DNA of 63,144 nt, filler included, from Octopus bimaculoides (GCF_001194135.2; 4 parts of 4 records of this genome joined end to end with filler, not necessarily neighbours in it), one strand, 5' to 3'. Positions 34,666-47,941 are shown, counted from the first letter of the whole stretch. Made by a program: numbers and translations. The notes: generated by a model from the sequence alone, not told the origin.

Positions 34666-37525
34666 CACAACCTCTCTAGAGAAGTAGAGAGGTTATGCGC
34701 CTTCAGCCATTTGAGTCTGATGAGTCGCCTATATGGCTAAGCACTTCATAAGTGTAGAAAAAAATGGTCACTATGACTAGTCATAACTTTTAACTTCCTA
34801 AAATATACATGCACGCACACACTCACATCTTATATCAATAGTTGACAATTTTTTGTAATGACCTAGAGTCAATGTTTTCTTGCATTTACCCATGGCCCAC
34901 CTATATATTATATATTTTCTACATAAAATATCTTTATCCTCACATATAAATATCTAGTGTTTACCTCTTACCATTTCCATCTCTAAAAGCCATCAGTGGC
35001 CCACAAATACATAAAATTTGAGAAGATTTTAAAGAAGGTCTGACGCCCACAAAAAATACCTCAATGGCCCACCCGTTGTCAACCTCTGACCTACACAAGA
35101 TTGTGACTTTAAATCACCTGCTAATATTTCATGATGTTTCTCACAAGAATACTTTATTCTGCACTACCTCAAAACTTCTAATTACTAAGGAAGAGATACC
35201 AAATCACCCAAGAAAATTTGGCTGCAAGCTAAAGTCTATCAATTGTTTCAGTTCACTTTGCTATTGAATTTAGATCTTAGGTCTGTTGACAGGTTATGCA
35301 TGGTTAGAATGTGACAATACTAAAGTCATAATACACAGGTTTCCACCAGCAGATCATTTTCCTTTGCTATGATTTATTCACGCCAATATCTCCATAATTA
35401 GAAACAATCAGACTACTGAACTTTAGAAATATAGTCTATGAGCATTAGATTTCAACAATGAAGATATTGCACGTTGCACTGAGTGTGTCTTTTGTGAAGG
35501 CTGAATGATGTGCTTTGCATCAATCTATCATGGTACAAGAGTCCCCTACAATACAGACTTATGCTAGAAAGGAGGGAGAGAGAGAAGAAGACAGAATTAC
35601 TACCTGAGCAGGTGTGATGATAACTGCTGACACAAAAACTATGGCATTGTGTCTATCTATAGGTACATTCACTTACTAGTTTTACTATAGTACACTGAAA
35701 TTAGGTACCACTTTCATGTTATGGTTGAATGCTTTGTTAGGAAAAGCATAGTTATGAAACATCTGTTCCAATTATTCATGCAATTATTTGAGTTTAGACC
35801 CAGCTAATTCATTTCCACAATAGTTCTTTTCTAATTTATATAAGTAATAAGTATGCCATAAATATACATACAGCTGCCACCATACACACTTATCTCTTTT
35901 TCATCATTTTAATACCTTTTTTAATGCTAATGATGCTTACATTCACTGAATGGCTTTAAAAACAAGTATCTTTGTACATGTCTCAATAAAGCAATATCTC
36001 ATCTAAGAGAGGCATAAAGTCCTCTGATCTAATCCAAACAACTTTCTTTCAACTATCCCTACTAAAAAACACTTCACCACCAATTTCAAACGTGTTTTCA
36101 CAAAGTAAACAATGTCTATTTACAATGCATGCATGTGTGCTCACATGCAACAGGCTTTTTATATTCAATTCTTCGTTCTCCATTATTAAGCAAATATTTA
36201 TTACTAGATTTGGCAGATCATTTCAGTAAAGCTCATAAATTTAGTTATCAATGAATAGCCAGTTTATAATATGCATTGCTGATATTTTGAAAGAATAGTC
36301 ATGCTTGTGTCATGCTACACATATTAATCTACATTCAATCATGCATGCAAATTATGTTTCCATACATGCATTTTTCCATTCTGGCAAATAGTGGATAGAA
36401 TCAATAGATGAACAGACCAAATGTTTTACAATATTTAGTTGAAACTTTGTAAGTTCTGCATTCAAATCTTGCTAAAGTCCTCAACTTCACTCTTTTATCA
36501 TTCCAAGGGACAAAGATCAATATAATTGATTGTTCCCACCTCCAAAATGTTTGGCCTTGTGCCATACATTATAGGAGAGAACAATTATATTGAATCCTAT
36601 CAATATAATCAGTCAGAAATCATTATTTAAAATTCTCATAAAAATGAAATGGTCCAACAACATTAAATAAAGACAATGGAGCTGGTGTTGAACTCTGGAA
36701 AAATAACTGCATGTTTTCATGAAATAAAAAGACAGAGGTAAAATAATGATGAATTTTCAGATATGGTTTTTGTCTATTGCAAAAGAGCTGCAGCTTTTGC
36801 AGGTTAGAGCTACACCTTTTGAAGGTTACTGTTTAACACTGGACAACAATGCAAGTAAACTAATAAGGAAAGGTATGCCGATGTCATTTGCTTGTAGGAT
36901 TGATGCAGTTGATGTTCTTTGTGAATCATCGCAAGTTGACAACTGCAGGAAAAACATGAGCAGGATGGGAATTCCAGAGGATTGACATATGGGAGGTCAA
37001 GGATTAAGCAAAGTGGTTAGTGTAATTCTTAGGAGATGGTTGGAGAATACAATATGGATGACAAGGAGAGATGAGTGAATAGGAAATAACAGAGTAGATA
37101 TAGCATTCAAGCAGCCAGTCAGTTTTAAGGAGTAGTAGTGCTTGTAGTAGTGGTAGGAAAGGCAGGGTGAAGAGACGGCACATCCGTGAGACAGAGACTG
37201 TAAAGTGAACTCAACCACATGTCTATGTCTATATGCAAATATGTATTTATAAAATGAACTTCTCAGCTTATTTTAAAAGAATGTTTAAAGGACAAAGATG
37301 TTGTAACAAGATGATTGAAATAATGTATACTGAATTTTAAGGAAGTTGGAATAGTCTAAGTTGAGAAGCTAATGAGAATGGATGAAATAAGTGGATATTT
37401 TTATTATTATTATTTAATTGGCAGACATTATAAAATGACTCTCAAGGGGCAAGGGTGCCATGCATTGCATTTATCAGAGTTTGACAAGTGTTAATGCACA
37501 AATCTTTCTGACTATTAAAAATTAT

Positions 37526-37625
37526 NNNNNNNNNNNNNNNNNNNNNNNNNNNNNNNNNNNNNNNNNNNNTTAATTAATTAANNNNNNNNNNNNNNNNNNN
37601 NNNNNNNNNNNNNNNNNNNNNNNNN
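37526..37625. other. Artificial 100-bp gap with TTAATTAATTAA linker
   Basis: Linker at 37570-37581 flanked by 44 N on each side. Confidence 0.95.
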
Positions 37626-38195
37626 ATATATATGTATAACACTCAATATTTCATCTACATTCAATACTTTATTTCATGGTGCCATCCATTTTTATTTTAT
37701 TTTATATTATATATTGTATATTATATTATATATTGTATATTCCATATTCTATACCCCACATTAGTTCTGCAGGAATATAAATAAAACAAAAAAACAGACA
37801 GTGTTGGAACTCTTTTAAGCAAAATAATATATATACATATATACGTATCTCTATTCATATAAATTTGACATGGGCGATTCTCTCTTGTCTTGAGATTCAC
37901 GCTCAAACGGCTGGGTGGAATTGCGCGAAAAATTAGACAGATGTATAGAATTATCCGGCGATGATACTGGGCTTTGTATTTTTTCCTAGCTCCCATGGTT
38001 ACCGAGATAATCTACTATAATAATACTCTTGTTTTTTATGAATGAGAAAGGAAGGGGTGATAGATGAATAAGGAAAGAGTGATGTCATACTTGGTAATGG
38101 AATGATGAAAATTGTACGCTAAAAAATAAATCAAACAGCGTTTCAACTCTGTGTATATATGCGTGTATGTAAAAGGGTGTTATGTGAATGTTCAT

Positions 38196-38322
38196 GTGTG
38201 CGCGTGTGTCTGTGCGCGTGTGTGTCTGTGCGCGCGTGTGTCTGTGCGCGCGTGTGTCTGTGCGCGCGTGTGTCTGTGCGCGCGTGTGTCTGTGCGCGCG
38301 TGTGTGTGTACGTGTGCGCGCG
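38196..38322. repeat. 16-bp tandem repeat GTGTGTCTGTGCGCGC
   Basis: About 6 near-perfect units. Confidence 0.9.
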
Positions 38323-38369
38323 CAATGGAGCCGCATACCTTAATCACTAAGCCAAATGCACTCACAGTC

Positions 38370-38480
38370 CAGGATTACAGTAGAAGACATTTGCCCAAGG
38401 TGCCGCACAGTGTGTCTGAACTCGAAACCATGTGGTTGGGAAGCAAACTTCTTACCATATATCCATGCCTGCACCTGTAC
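38370..38480 (-). mobile_element. SINE family B, 5' half
   Basis: AGAAGACATTTGCCCAAGGTGCCGCACAGTG...CCATGTGGTTGGGAAGC. Confidence 0.75.
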
Positions 38481-38718
38481 GTGAAAAGTAGGATCACATT
38501 GTGCTTTTATAAAATCCCTCTGTTCAACCCCTTTATCTTTTAGTTGCAGATATAGGGATCCTGTTCTCAAACCCTAATTCATTAGCTTCACAACAGCATG
38601 TCTAAGGATCTTTCTGTCCAACATTTTAAATAATTAATTATATAAAGAAGGTTCCAAGAGATCCCAAGCCGCTAATTCATTAGTTTTAGAACAGGATATC
38701 TACGGATATCCTGTTCTA

Positions 38719-38796
38719 AAGAAGAAGAAGAAGAAGAAGAAGAAGAAGAAGAAGAAGAAGAAGAAGAAGAAGAAGAAGAAGAAGAAGAAGAAGAAG
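38719..38796. repeat. (AAG)n microsatellite
   Basis: Uninterrupted run of about 25 units. Confidence 0.95.
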
Positions 38797-39396
38797 GTAC
38801 ATAAACTAAACAATTGTGGTTGACGTTACTGTAAACACATTACCACATCATTCTTTAAACCACAACCACTGTGATTGCTACCACAATCGTAACTAGTTTT
38901 CACATCACAACCGCCACTTTACCTGCCATCATCAAAACCACAACAACGTCTTACACTACCATCGCCAAAACCACCAACACATCAACAGCAACCCGCCTGT
39001 AGAACATCCTCCCGTCTCATATTTTCACGGCTGCCATAAATTGGCAATAATTCAATTTAAACATCAACCACATCTCTCTAGATGCAACCATAGCTGTGTA
39101 GTTAATAAGTTCATTCCACAACTAGTTTATTTCGGGTTCGTTCTACACGCACAGCAATTCGAGAAAGTGCGTTCTGCCAAAGTGTCAGGTCAACCGAGGT
39201 TTTTTTACTGAAATTTAGTAAACGAAAACTGTGCAGAATACCGTTAACGAGAGAGATAGAGGGGGAGAGAGAAAGAGAAGGAGAGAGAGGGAGAGAGAGA
39301 GAGAGTTCCTCATTGTTTAGTGGTTTAAGATGATTTAAGTCATCGCAAACGTTTTTCAATGAAATTTAGTGAACAGAAACTGTGTGGAAGCCCCAT

Positions 39397-39427
<31 letters not shown>

Positions 39428-39940
39428 TTGTTCTTTATTGTTTAATGGTAGACTTAAACCATTGTCCAGTTTAACACCATTACCTGGCAACTAAGTGACT
39501 TTGATGACTCCATTCTTTTCCAAGGCCAGGCTATAGCCGCCCTTCCCTGCCCCACCGGTCTTAAGAAACATTGAAAAGGGCCATAGGTACTGTACTTGAT
39601 TTTCTAACTATACAATAAACATAAGATAGACATTCATTTAAACTGATGCCGTGGTGCAGGTGAAACTAAAGTCTATGGACTTCAAACTTCATTTTACGAA
39701 AGTTAAAGAACAAAGCTGGAATAATTATTTTCCTCCATTTTTTTTAATTCTTGCCTCCTTTAACACTGCTGCTTTGAGAGCAATCGTTCCTTGTTTCTGT
39801 CATGAATAATGTGGAATAACTTGTAAATAACTCGTAAATAACTGTGAGAATAATTTGGATTATAGTTTATAGTTATGTATTATCTAACCAGAAAGAATAA
39901 TACAGGAAGAAACATAGGCACAAGAAAGATGTAAGAAAAT

Positions 39941-40087
<147 letters not shown>

Positions 40088-40373
40088 GACTGTTGCACTT
40101 GTTTAGTAATGACGACTGTTATGGATAATAGTGTTGTGAATGTGGTGTTGGTTGTGTTAATGGTGGGGGGTGCTGCTGCTGATGATGATGATGGTAATGC
40201 TATTCATGATGCTGGTGCTGGCGGTTTTGGTGGTGGTTGCTGTGTTAGGGGTGGCGTTGGTAGCAGATAATTTCAGTCGATATATTCATATAACCTGTCT
40301 GACGTCATCAATATTGATTCATGACGTCAATGTTTCTTCCCACCTTGAAAAGTCTAAATCGGGCAACACACAC

Positions 40374-40423
<50 letters not shown>

Positions 40424-40720
40424 GCGCACGCACGCACGCACACACACATATACATACATATGCATATACACACACACATATATATATATATATATANNNN
40501 NNNNNNNNNNNNNNNNNNNNNNNNNNNNNNNNNNNNNNNNNNNNNNNNNNNNNNNNNNNNNNNNNNNNNNNNNNNNNNNNNNNNNNNNNNNNNNNNNNNN
40601 NNNNNNNNNNNNNNNNNNNNNNNNNNNNNNNNNNNNNNNNNNNNNNNNNNNNNNNNNNNNNNNNNNNNNNNNNNNNNNNNNNNNNNNNNNNNNNNNNNNN
40701 NNNNNNNNNNCTTTTAACCA

Positions 40721-40907
40721 TCATTTTTTGAATCTTAAGGTGTAACAGATTTTTATAATCCCAGATCTCGTGACCATTTGTAGCATACGAATTAAGGATT
40801 TGCATTCTCTCCCCAAGATTCCAAGTTCAGCCATACTTTACTCCAGACGGGTTGGTGTGTATCCTGGTGCTGCAATAATAATAGGTATAAAGCTGAAAGT
40901 AGTGGAT
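40721..40907 (-). pseudogene. C-terminus of a restriction-like-endonuclease LINE ORF (R4/Dong-like); duplicated at about 41159-41345
   Basis: FSFIPIIIAAPGYTPTRLE*SMAELGILGRECKSLIRMLQMVTRSGIIKICYTLRFKK*. Confidence 0.55.
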
Positions 40908-41346
40908 TTGCACTGAAGCAGTATCAGGCAGTTGTTTCCATGGCTTTTGATCTTAGTTGATTGGAAGTGTCATCATGTACATGTTTTGTCTTGGTATAAA
41001 AGATGAGCTATAGCAAATATTCTGCTCAATANNNNNNNNNNTGTATGCATTCATGTATGTATGTATGTATGTATGCATGTATATATGTATGCCTGCATGT
41101 ATGATCTCTTTAGAGTGAATTTTGACTGGCTCAGAGGAAAATATCTTCTTTTAACCATCATTTTTTGAATCTTAAGGTGTAACAGATTTTTATAATCCCA
41201 GATCTCGTGACCATTTGTAGCATACGAATTAAGGATTTGCATTCTCTCCCCAAGATTCCAAGTTCAGCCATACTTTACTCCAGACGGGTTGGTGTGTATC
41301 CTGGTGCTGCAATAATAATAGGTATAAAGCTGAAAGTAGTGGATTT

Positions 41347-41912
41347 GCACTGAAGCAGTATCAGGCAGTTGTTTCCATGGCTTTTGATCTTAGTTGATTG
41401 GAAGTGTCATCATGTACATGTTTTGTCTTGGTATAAAAGATGAGCTATAGCAAATATTCTGCTCAATACCACAGATGTGCTCTTCAGTTGCTTGACCTTA
41501 ACCAGTTGAGCATGTCTCTTAGTAGCTGATGATATGTGCATCTCTGATCACGAACAGAAGTATTTGGGGAGCATCATAGCCATGTGTTGAGAGGAATTCC
41601 TTGGGGGTTGAATAATTTGCCTTTGGAAACACAGGTGTTTCATTTATCATCCTTAAACAAACGTTATTCAGGAACCTTCTGAGTGAGATGGGCTACTCGA
41701 CCTGAAGAAAATTCTAACTGGGCCCCACCAGCAAGGTCATGGGCTGTTTATCTTGATATGAGATCGTCATGTCACGCACTTATGGTTGTGATGCATGTGC
41801 CTAGTATACCCTTATCAGACAGGTAATCATGATGGGGGTATTGGGCTTCGTATATGTTACCCCAGTGTCACTTTGATGGCATGCGCTGCTCTCTCAATAA
41901 TAATAATAATAA
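41347..41912. mobile_element. Non-coding interspersed repeat family F ending in (AAT)n
   Basis: Colinear with 60259-60590 over more than 300 bp. Confidence 0.8.
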
Positions 41913-42805
41913 GCACCCGGAAATTCCATAGTTATTTTGAAAGCTGCAAGATGGTTAGAAGTTGATAGAGAGTCATGGAATAAATAATTTCCTTTGAAAT
42001 TGTATTTTGTTGGAAATATATGATTCATTAGGTATTGTACAAGTCCACCTATATAATGTTGTATGTCAAATCTTAGGAAACCACATCTCTGAATGCTATA
42101 TCTCTTGTTATATACTTGTCATCTCTTCTACCTTAAGAGTTGTTATCTATTACTCTTCACTTTACATCAAGAAGTGAACATTCTTAACTATAGAATGAAA
42201 TTAAAGACATAATCTATCTGTGATGATATTCTACTACTGTATGACTACATTGGTAAAGTTCGAACAAATCTTCATGCGTTAATAGTAGTAAGAAGTAGAC
42301 AGTACACTAACTAAAGAATACGGTACCTAATGAAAAAATGTTCTCGATATGATAGTGAATAAGGAAGTGTGAGGTGTAAAGAATACACAAATAACAGACG
42401 GAGAGAAACAAGAAAGTATGCGATAAAATGAAGTAGACCGTTCTCTGACTAAACTAAAGATAACGATATATCTACGAGATTCAACAAAGTATAATTGGCA
42501 CTAGTGTTCCATAGAGATATGCGGTTTGTTTGATTTGTAAGAAATTGCTATGCTATGCTATGTTTTATTAACTCACGTTTAGGGTTTGTATAGATGTTTA
42601 CCTTATGACGTTTTAGTGTTATGTATGGACTACGCCAATCAGCATTTAATTTTGGCTCAGTCGTGTAGTTTTAGTTGATGCCACGTCGTTGATTTTATTG
42701 GATGTATTGTGGATTAGGTTTTATAAGAGTTTGTAATACCGTTAGAGAGTGAAAGAGATTTCGATTCGTTGAATTATCAGTTTTGTCTTAATATACATAC
42801 ATACA

Positions 42806-42836
<31 letters not shown>

Positions 42837-42861
42837 GTGTGTGTATATATATATATATATA

Positions 42862-44111
42862 TTAGGTTGTTTCATATGAAATGTCGCATCTTTAATTACT
42901 TCTTATTTCAGTCATTTAAAAACTCAGTTATGTATACCTTGCATTTAATCTTGACTCTTTTTCTTTCCCAGCAATATTGGATTACAAAATTCGTACCTAC
43001 AGACCTTATGAAAATGATAACAACCAAACTACGTTGAGTGATTTTCTCGTATGAGTACAAACTGGGTCACTCTGCTGCAGAAGCTCTACGGAATATGAAG
43101 CGGGTCTTTGGTAATGGTTTTGTTGATATCAGAACTGTTCAAAGATGGTTCCAAAGCTCCTGTTCAGGAGATGATAGTCTTGAAAATAAACCAAGGGGTA
43201 GGCCAAAATCAGTTATTTGACATGATGGATTAAATGCTTTCGTTGAACAAAATCTGAGAACAAAGGTTCGAAAACTTCCATCAGAACTCCAAACATCTCA
43301 CACAACTATTTTTGGACACCTGTAAAAAATTGGAAAAGTCAAGAAAACAGATAGGTTTGTTCCACATCAACTGAACGAGATTTAAAAAAAAACAGACGCC
43401 TCTAAGTGTGCTCCTTATTGCTTTCCAAACTGGAAAAAGATGATTTTTGCATCAAATCATTACTTGTGATGAGAAATGGATACACTTTGACAACAGCAGG
43501 AGAACAGGACAGTGATTAGATGCAAGAGAGTCACCTAAACACTACCCAAACTTACCATTACACCCCAAAAAGTTAGTGGCCACTGTATGGTGGTCTGCAA
43601 AGGGAGTTTATTGTTCATTTTTGCAACAAGGAAAAATAGTAACAGCAACATCGTATTGCCAGAAGATTGATTGTATGCATGAGAATTTGAAAATGAAGTA
43701 ACCCAGACAAGTGAATAGAGATGGCCCAATTTTGCTCCACAACAATGCACGTCCCCACATTCCTCAAGCTACAGTCCAAAAGCTGCAAAGCCTGAATTAT
43801 GAGATTTTGCAACATCCTCCCTATTCCTCTGATATCTCTCCTACTGATCATCACTTATTTAAACATTTTGAGCTTTTCAAAAGCAATAAAACATTCTTAA
43901 ATAGAGAAGAGGTAATTGAAGCATTCGGACAGTTTATCACAGGAAAAAATGAATTTTTTTTTAAAGATGGAATATATGACATAGAGAAACGTTGGGTAAA
44001 CGTCATAAATGAACATGGATCATACTTTGATTAAATAAATCAGTTCTCTAACACTTCTGAAACATTTTATTTTTACCTTTCAAATACGACATTTCATGTG
44101 AAACAACCTAA
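42862..44111 (+). mobile_element. Full-length mariner element (1250 bp)
   Basis: 28-bp TIRs at 42862-42889 and 44084-44111 (26/28 match), TA on both sides. Confidence 0.95.
43008..44034 (+). pseudogene. Mariner transposase with stops and frameshifts
   Basis: HTH TVQRWF...RGRP; FVPHQL (WVPHEL-like); IITCDEKW; LLHNNARPH; HPPYSSDISPTDHHLF. Confidence 0.95.
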
Positions 44112-44675
44112 TATATGAAAGTAAAATGCACAGAACTGCCTCTAATATGGATCTTGTTATGCAGAATCACTTATGCAGTGTCACTGTTCCGATCTCCTTG
44201 CTTTCCAGCTACATTGATCTCGCCTCAATATGTTATATAAATGTATTATCACTTGATTTAATGCCTTGTAACTGCTTGTTCAAATTTTGTTCTATCATAC
44301 CTACATGCATACATATAATTATGCGTTTGCGCGTGCGCGTGTTTGTATGTGCGTGTTTATGTATATATGAAGAGCAAAGTTAAATTAGTGTGAGTAAGTG
44401 AAAATCCAACGTTTGGGACAGAGTCTTCCTTCATGAAAAAGTTAAAAGGAGAGAAATAATGAGAGGACAGTAGAGTTTTGCACGCACACACACACACACA
44501 CACACACGCACATTTCAAAAGTAAATAGACATAATGTAAAGGCAGTAAATAGACATAATGTAAAGGCAGCTGCAACGAAGAGTAAGAAGTTGTGGCCGGC
44601 AAGAAAGCATACATCAGGCGTACTGACTGTCTTCCCACCGGCGCTCATTCAACAACTGATAAGCAGGGGATTAGA

Positions 44676-44985
44676 TTAGATTCAATTTAGACGGCTATAC
44701 GAAACTGTTAGAAACTATGGTCAAACCCTGGATGAAGAGAATTGATACTGGAAGGCCATATGTGTGGTAGCAGGATTCAGCTCCTTGCCATACCTCTAGA
44801 AAGAGCCACAAGTAGTTGTCGGGAGAATTTTCTTCGACTTCACTAACTCCAATTTCTGGCCTCCCAATTTCCCCGATTGTAACCCCATGAATGTGTGGAG
44901 CACAGTTGGAGAAGACACCAACCACTCTGCCTGCAACACAAGGGCCGAGCTGGTGACCAAGATGAAAGAGGTGCTCGAATACCAT
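44676..44985 (+). pseudogene. Tc1/mariner DD37D (maT-like) transposase fragment
   Basis: LLETMVKPWMKR...YVW*QDSAPCH...FWPPNFPDCNPMN-VW; 37 residues between the last two catalytic positions after frameshift correction. Confidence 0.75.
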
Positions 44986-45189
44986 GTCAGTGAATTGCAG
45001 GAATATTGATGATCACACCCTCTTCTTTTATACATTTTAATTACTAAAATACGTCGGAATTTAATAAATGTATAGAAATATTTCCACTACCCATCATGTG
45101 AAAAATTTTGGTTATGTACATTAGCCTATATAATATATTAGTTTCAAATTTTAGCACAAGGCCAGTTTTTTCTGAGGTGGGACTAAGAC

Positions 45190-45350
45190 GATTAAATCGG
45201 CCCCGATGCTCAGATAGTTTGTATTTTATCGACCTCGAAAGGATAAAAGGCAAAATCGACCCCGGCGGCAATTGAACGCAGAACGTAAAGATGGACGAAA
45301 TGCCTCTAAGCATTTTGCCCGGAACGCTAACGATTCTGCTAGCACGCAGC
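45190..45350 (-). mobile_element. SINE family C
   Basis: TTTATCGACCTCGAAAGGATAAAAGGCAAAATCGACC...TTGAACGCAGAACG. Confidence 0.85.
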
Positions 45351-45519
45351 TTTACCAGTAAATATTACACAAACTCTAGATACTATACAAATTTTAGATA
45401 TCACCAGGAAACCACAAAATAATAATATACAAACCTTATATAACAATAGGCAAACCCTAGATAATAAAATACATGCCATATAAAACAATAGACAAGCCTT
45501 CAGTAATAATCCTTTCCTC

Positions 45520-45660
45520 GACTGGTGCTTATTTTATTGACTCCGAAAGGATGAAAGCGAAGTCGAACTTAGCGAAATTTGAACTCAGAGAGTAAAGACG
45601 TGCGAAAATCTTCTAAGCATTTTATCCAACGTGCTAGCAGTTTTGCCTGCTCACCGCCTT
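45520..45660 (-). mobile_element. SINE family C
   Basis: CCGAAAGGATGAAAGCGAAGTCGA...TTTGAACTCAGA. Confidence 0.8.
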
Positions 45661-45804
45661 CAACCCTAGATAATGAAAATATGCAAATTCTAGATAATAT
45701 GAAAACATAGATACTCAGATAATAATAGACAAACTCTAGATAATAATTGGTAAATCCTAGACAATAGTAGCTGAACCCCAGATTATAATTGAGGAACCCT
45801 AGAT

Positions 45805-46062
45805 TAGTGGCTCTCAGCTGGGGTTCATATGACCCTTCGGGGGCCATATGATATTTTGTTCAAAATAAATGTGCAATAAAATTGGTTATACTTCTACAAT
45901 GCACAAAATGCTTCAACAATTTTTTTATACAATTCCTAATAATACTCAATCATAAAAATGTAATAGGACTTTTTTTAAAACACTGAATGACTATCGGGGA
46001 TCCAGTAGAGTAAGACAGGAGTCAAAAGGGGTCCTTAATCAAAATATGGTTGAGAACCGCTG
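45805..46062. mobile_element. hAT (Charlie-like) MITE with 8-bp TSD
   Basis: Ends TAGTGGCTCTCAGC and GTTGAGAACCGCTG; flanks CCCTAGAT 45797-45804 and CTCTAGAT 46063-46070 (NTCTAGAN-type target). Confidence 0.8.
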
Positions 46063-46372
46063 CTCTAGATAATACAATACAAAAATAAAATAGTTTTCCT
46101 AACACCTAACACCAGTGTGTATACCATGTGTTACAGTATAAAGAAACAAAATCTGCTGCCGTAAGGTTCGCATCTCTTCGATCTTACTGAAACGGAAATT
46201 CTGTCAGTATTAATATTCCCACTGGCAAGATAACTTTTTATCAGGAAGTTTAAACCAAAGATCTGTGTGGTCTGTAATTTTGTAAGACAGAAATAACTAG
46301 ACGGCATAGTGTACGATCGGTGGAGGAGTTTGAAATGTGGTCTGTCATCTAATGTTTGTGGTTTTCTTAGTG

Positions 46373-46433
<61 letters not shown>

Positions 46434-46832
46434 NNNNNNNNNNNNNNNNNNNNNNNNNNNNNNNNNNNNNNNNNNNNNNNNNNNNNNNNNNNNNNNNNNN
46501 NNNNNNNNNNNNNNNNNNNNNNNNNNNNNNNNNNNNNNNNNNNNNNNNNNNNNNNNNNNNNNNNNNNNNNNNNNNNNNNNNNNNNNNNNNNNNNNNNNNN
46601 NNNNNNNNNNNNNNNNNNNNNNNNNNNNNNNNNNNNNNNNNNNNNNNNNNNNNNNNNNNNNNNNNNNNNNNNNNNNNNNNNNNNNNNNNNNNNNNNNNNN
46701 NNNNNNNNNNNNNNNNNNNNNNNNNNNNNNNNNNNNNNNNNNNNNNNNNNNNNNNNNNNNNNNNNNNNNNNNNNNNNNNNNNNNNNNNNNNNNNNNNNNN
46801 NNNNNNNNNNNNNNNNNNNNNNNNNNNNNNNA

Positions 46833-46869
<37 letters not shown>

Positions 46870-46870
<1 letters not shown>

Positions 46871-47330
46871 CCAGAATGGGTAGACGAATGTTGAGGTGGT
46901 GTGGCTACATGAAGAGGATGGATGAGGAGCGGATGGTAAGGAGTGTGATGAAGGTAGAAGTGGCAGGTAACAGAACCAGAGGCAGACTTCCGTTTGTGTG
47001 CATTGTTGGTGTGAGAAAAGTTTTGGTGGTTAAAGATGTTGGAGTGAGAAACGCAAGAAAGTTTATTAATGATAGGAAAGCTTGGACAGTGTTTATAGAT
47101 GGATGAATGAATTGATGTTGCTTAAAGGGGTACGGAACGAGCATAGTGCGGCGGGGGTAAACCAGCATATGCTGTCGAGCCCCGCTGCTGATATTGGGAG
47201 TTGCTTTCTATGCCTTGACCCAAGCGTAGGGCGGGGCTCGTCTCTTTGTGCTGGGGAATAAATGGAATGCTGAGTGTGTTTTGCTGTGGCTACCCACTCC
47301 TATGGGGAATAGGCCTTGGTAAATAAAATA
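46870..47330 (+). mobile_element. RTE-type LINE 3' end, second family: ORF2 C-terminus plus 3' UTR
   Basis: LRWCGYMKRMDEERMVRSVMKVEVAGNRTRGR...DRKAW; UTR stem CGAGCCCCGC 47176-47185 with GCGGGGCTCG 47231-47240. Confidence 0.85.
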
Positions 47331-47688
47331 ATATATATATATATATCATCTATAACAGCGTTTCTCAACCTTATCATTTCGGGTTCCCTCTTTCGATTGG
47401 AGCCTCTAGCTGTATGAAGATTTCACCACCACACCCTGTCACAAAATGGCTTCAGGAGTTGTGAAGAAAGAATTTGTAAGTAGTCTGTTTCTGAGAGCTA
47501 TTCTATTGGACGTCTGTCTAATCATTAAAACATTTATTTAATGAACAACATAGAAAGAAATTATACATTAATCCCAATGTTTGTAAGCAGTTGTATCCGT
47601 AAAAATTTTATTTGCAGAGAGCAGAAACCTCGAGACAAGAAAGAATACAACGGTCGCCCATGTTCAATTTATATTATAGATATAGATA

Positions 47689-47722
<34 letters not shown>

Positions 47723-47941
47723 CGCGCACATTCGTGTGTACAAACATGCATACATGCGTATATATGTGCATGCATACATCAACCATACCTATATGTATAT
47801 ATAGGTAGGATGCTATATATGTATATATAGGTAGGATGCCATATCTAGATCTATTGAGTTGAGGTGGTGTGGCTACATGAAGAGGATGGATGAGGAGCGG
47901 ATGGTAAGGAGTGTGATGAAGGTAGAAGTGGCAGGTAACAG

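Noticed and set aside
34669-34745. Hammerhead-like CTGATGAGTCGCC next to a 10-bp hairpin
   Set aside because: No GAAAC follows the putative stem II, and no stem I or III is found.
36950-37200. Possible very old LINE 3' end
   Set aside because: Resemblance to the GRPRKTW...DR motif is too weak to support a call.
43711-44034. Functional SETMAR-like or domesticated transposase gene
   Set aside because: The upstream frame has multiple stops and frameshifts, a catalytic Asp is replaced (HNNARPH), and it is bounded by TIRs with no SET domain.
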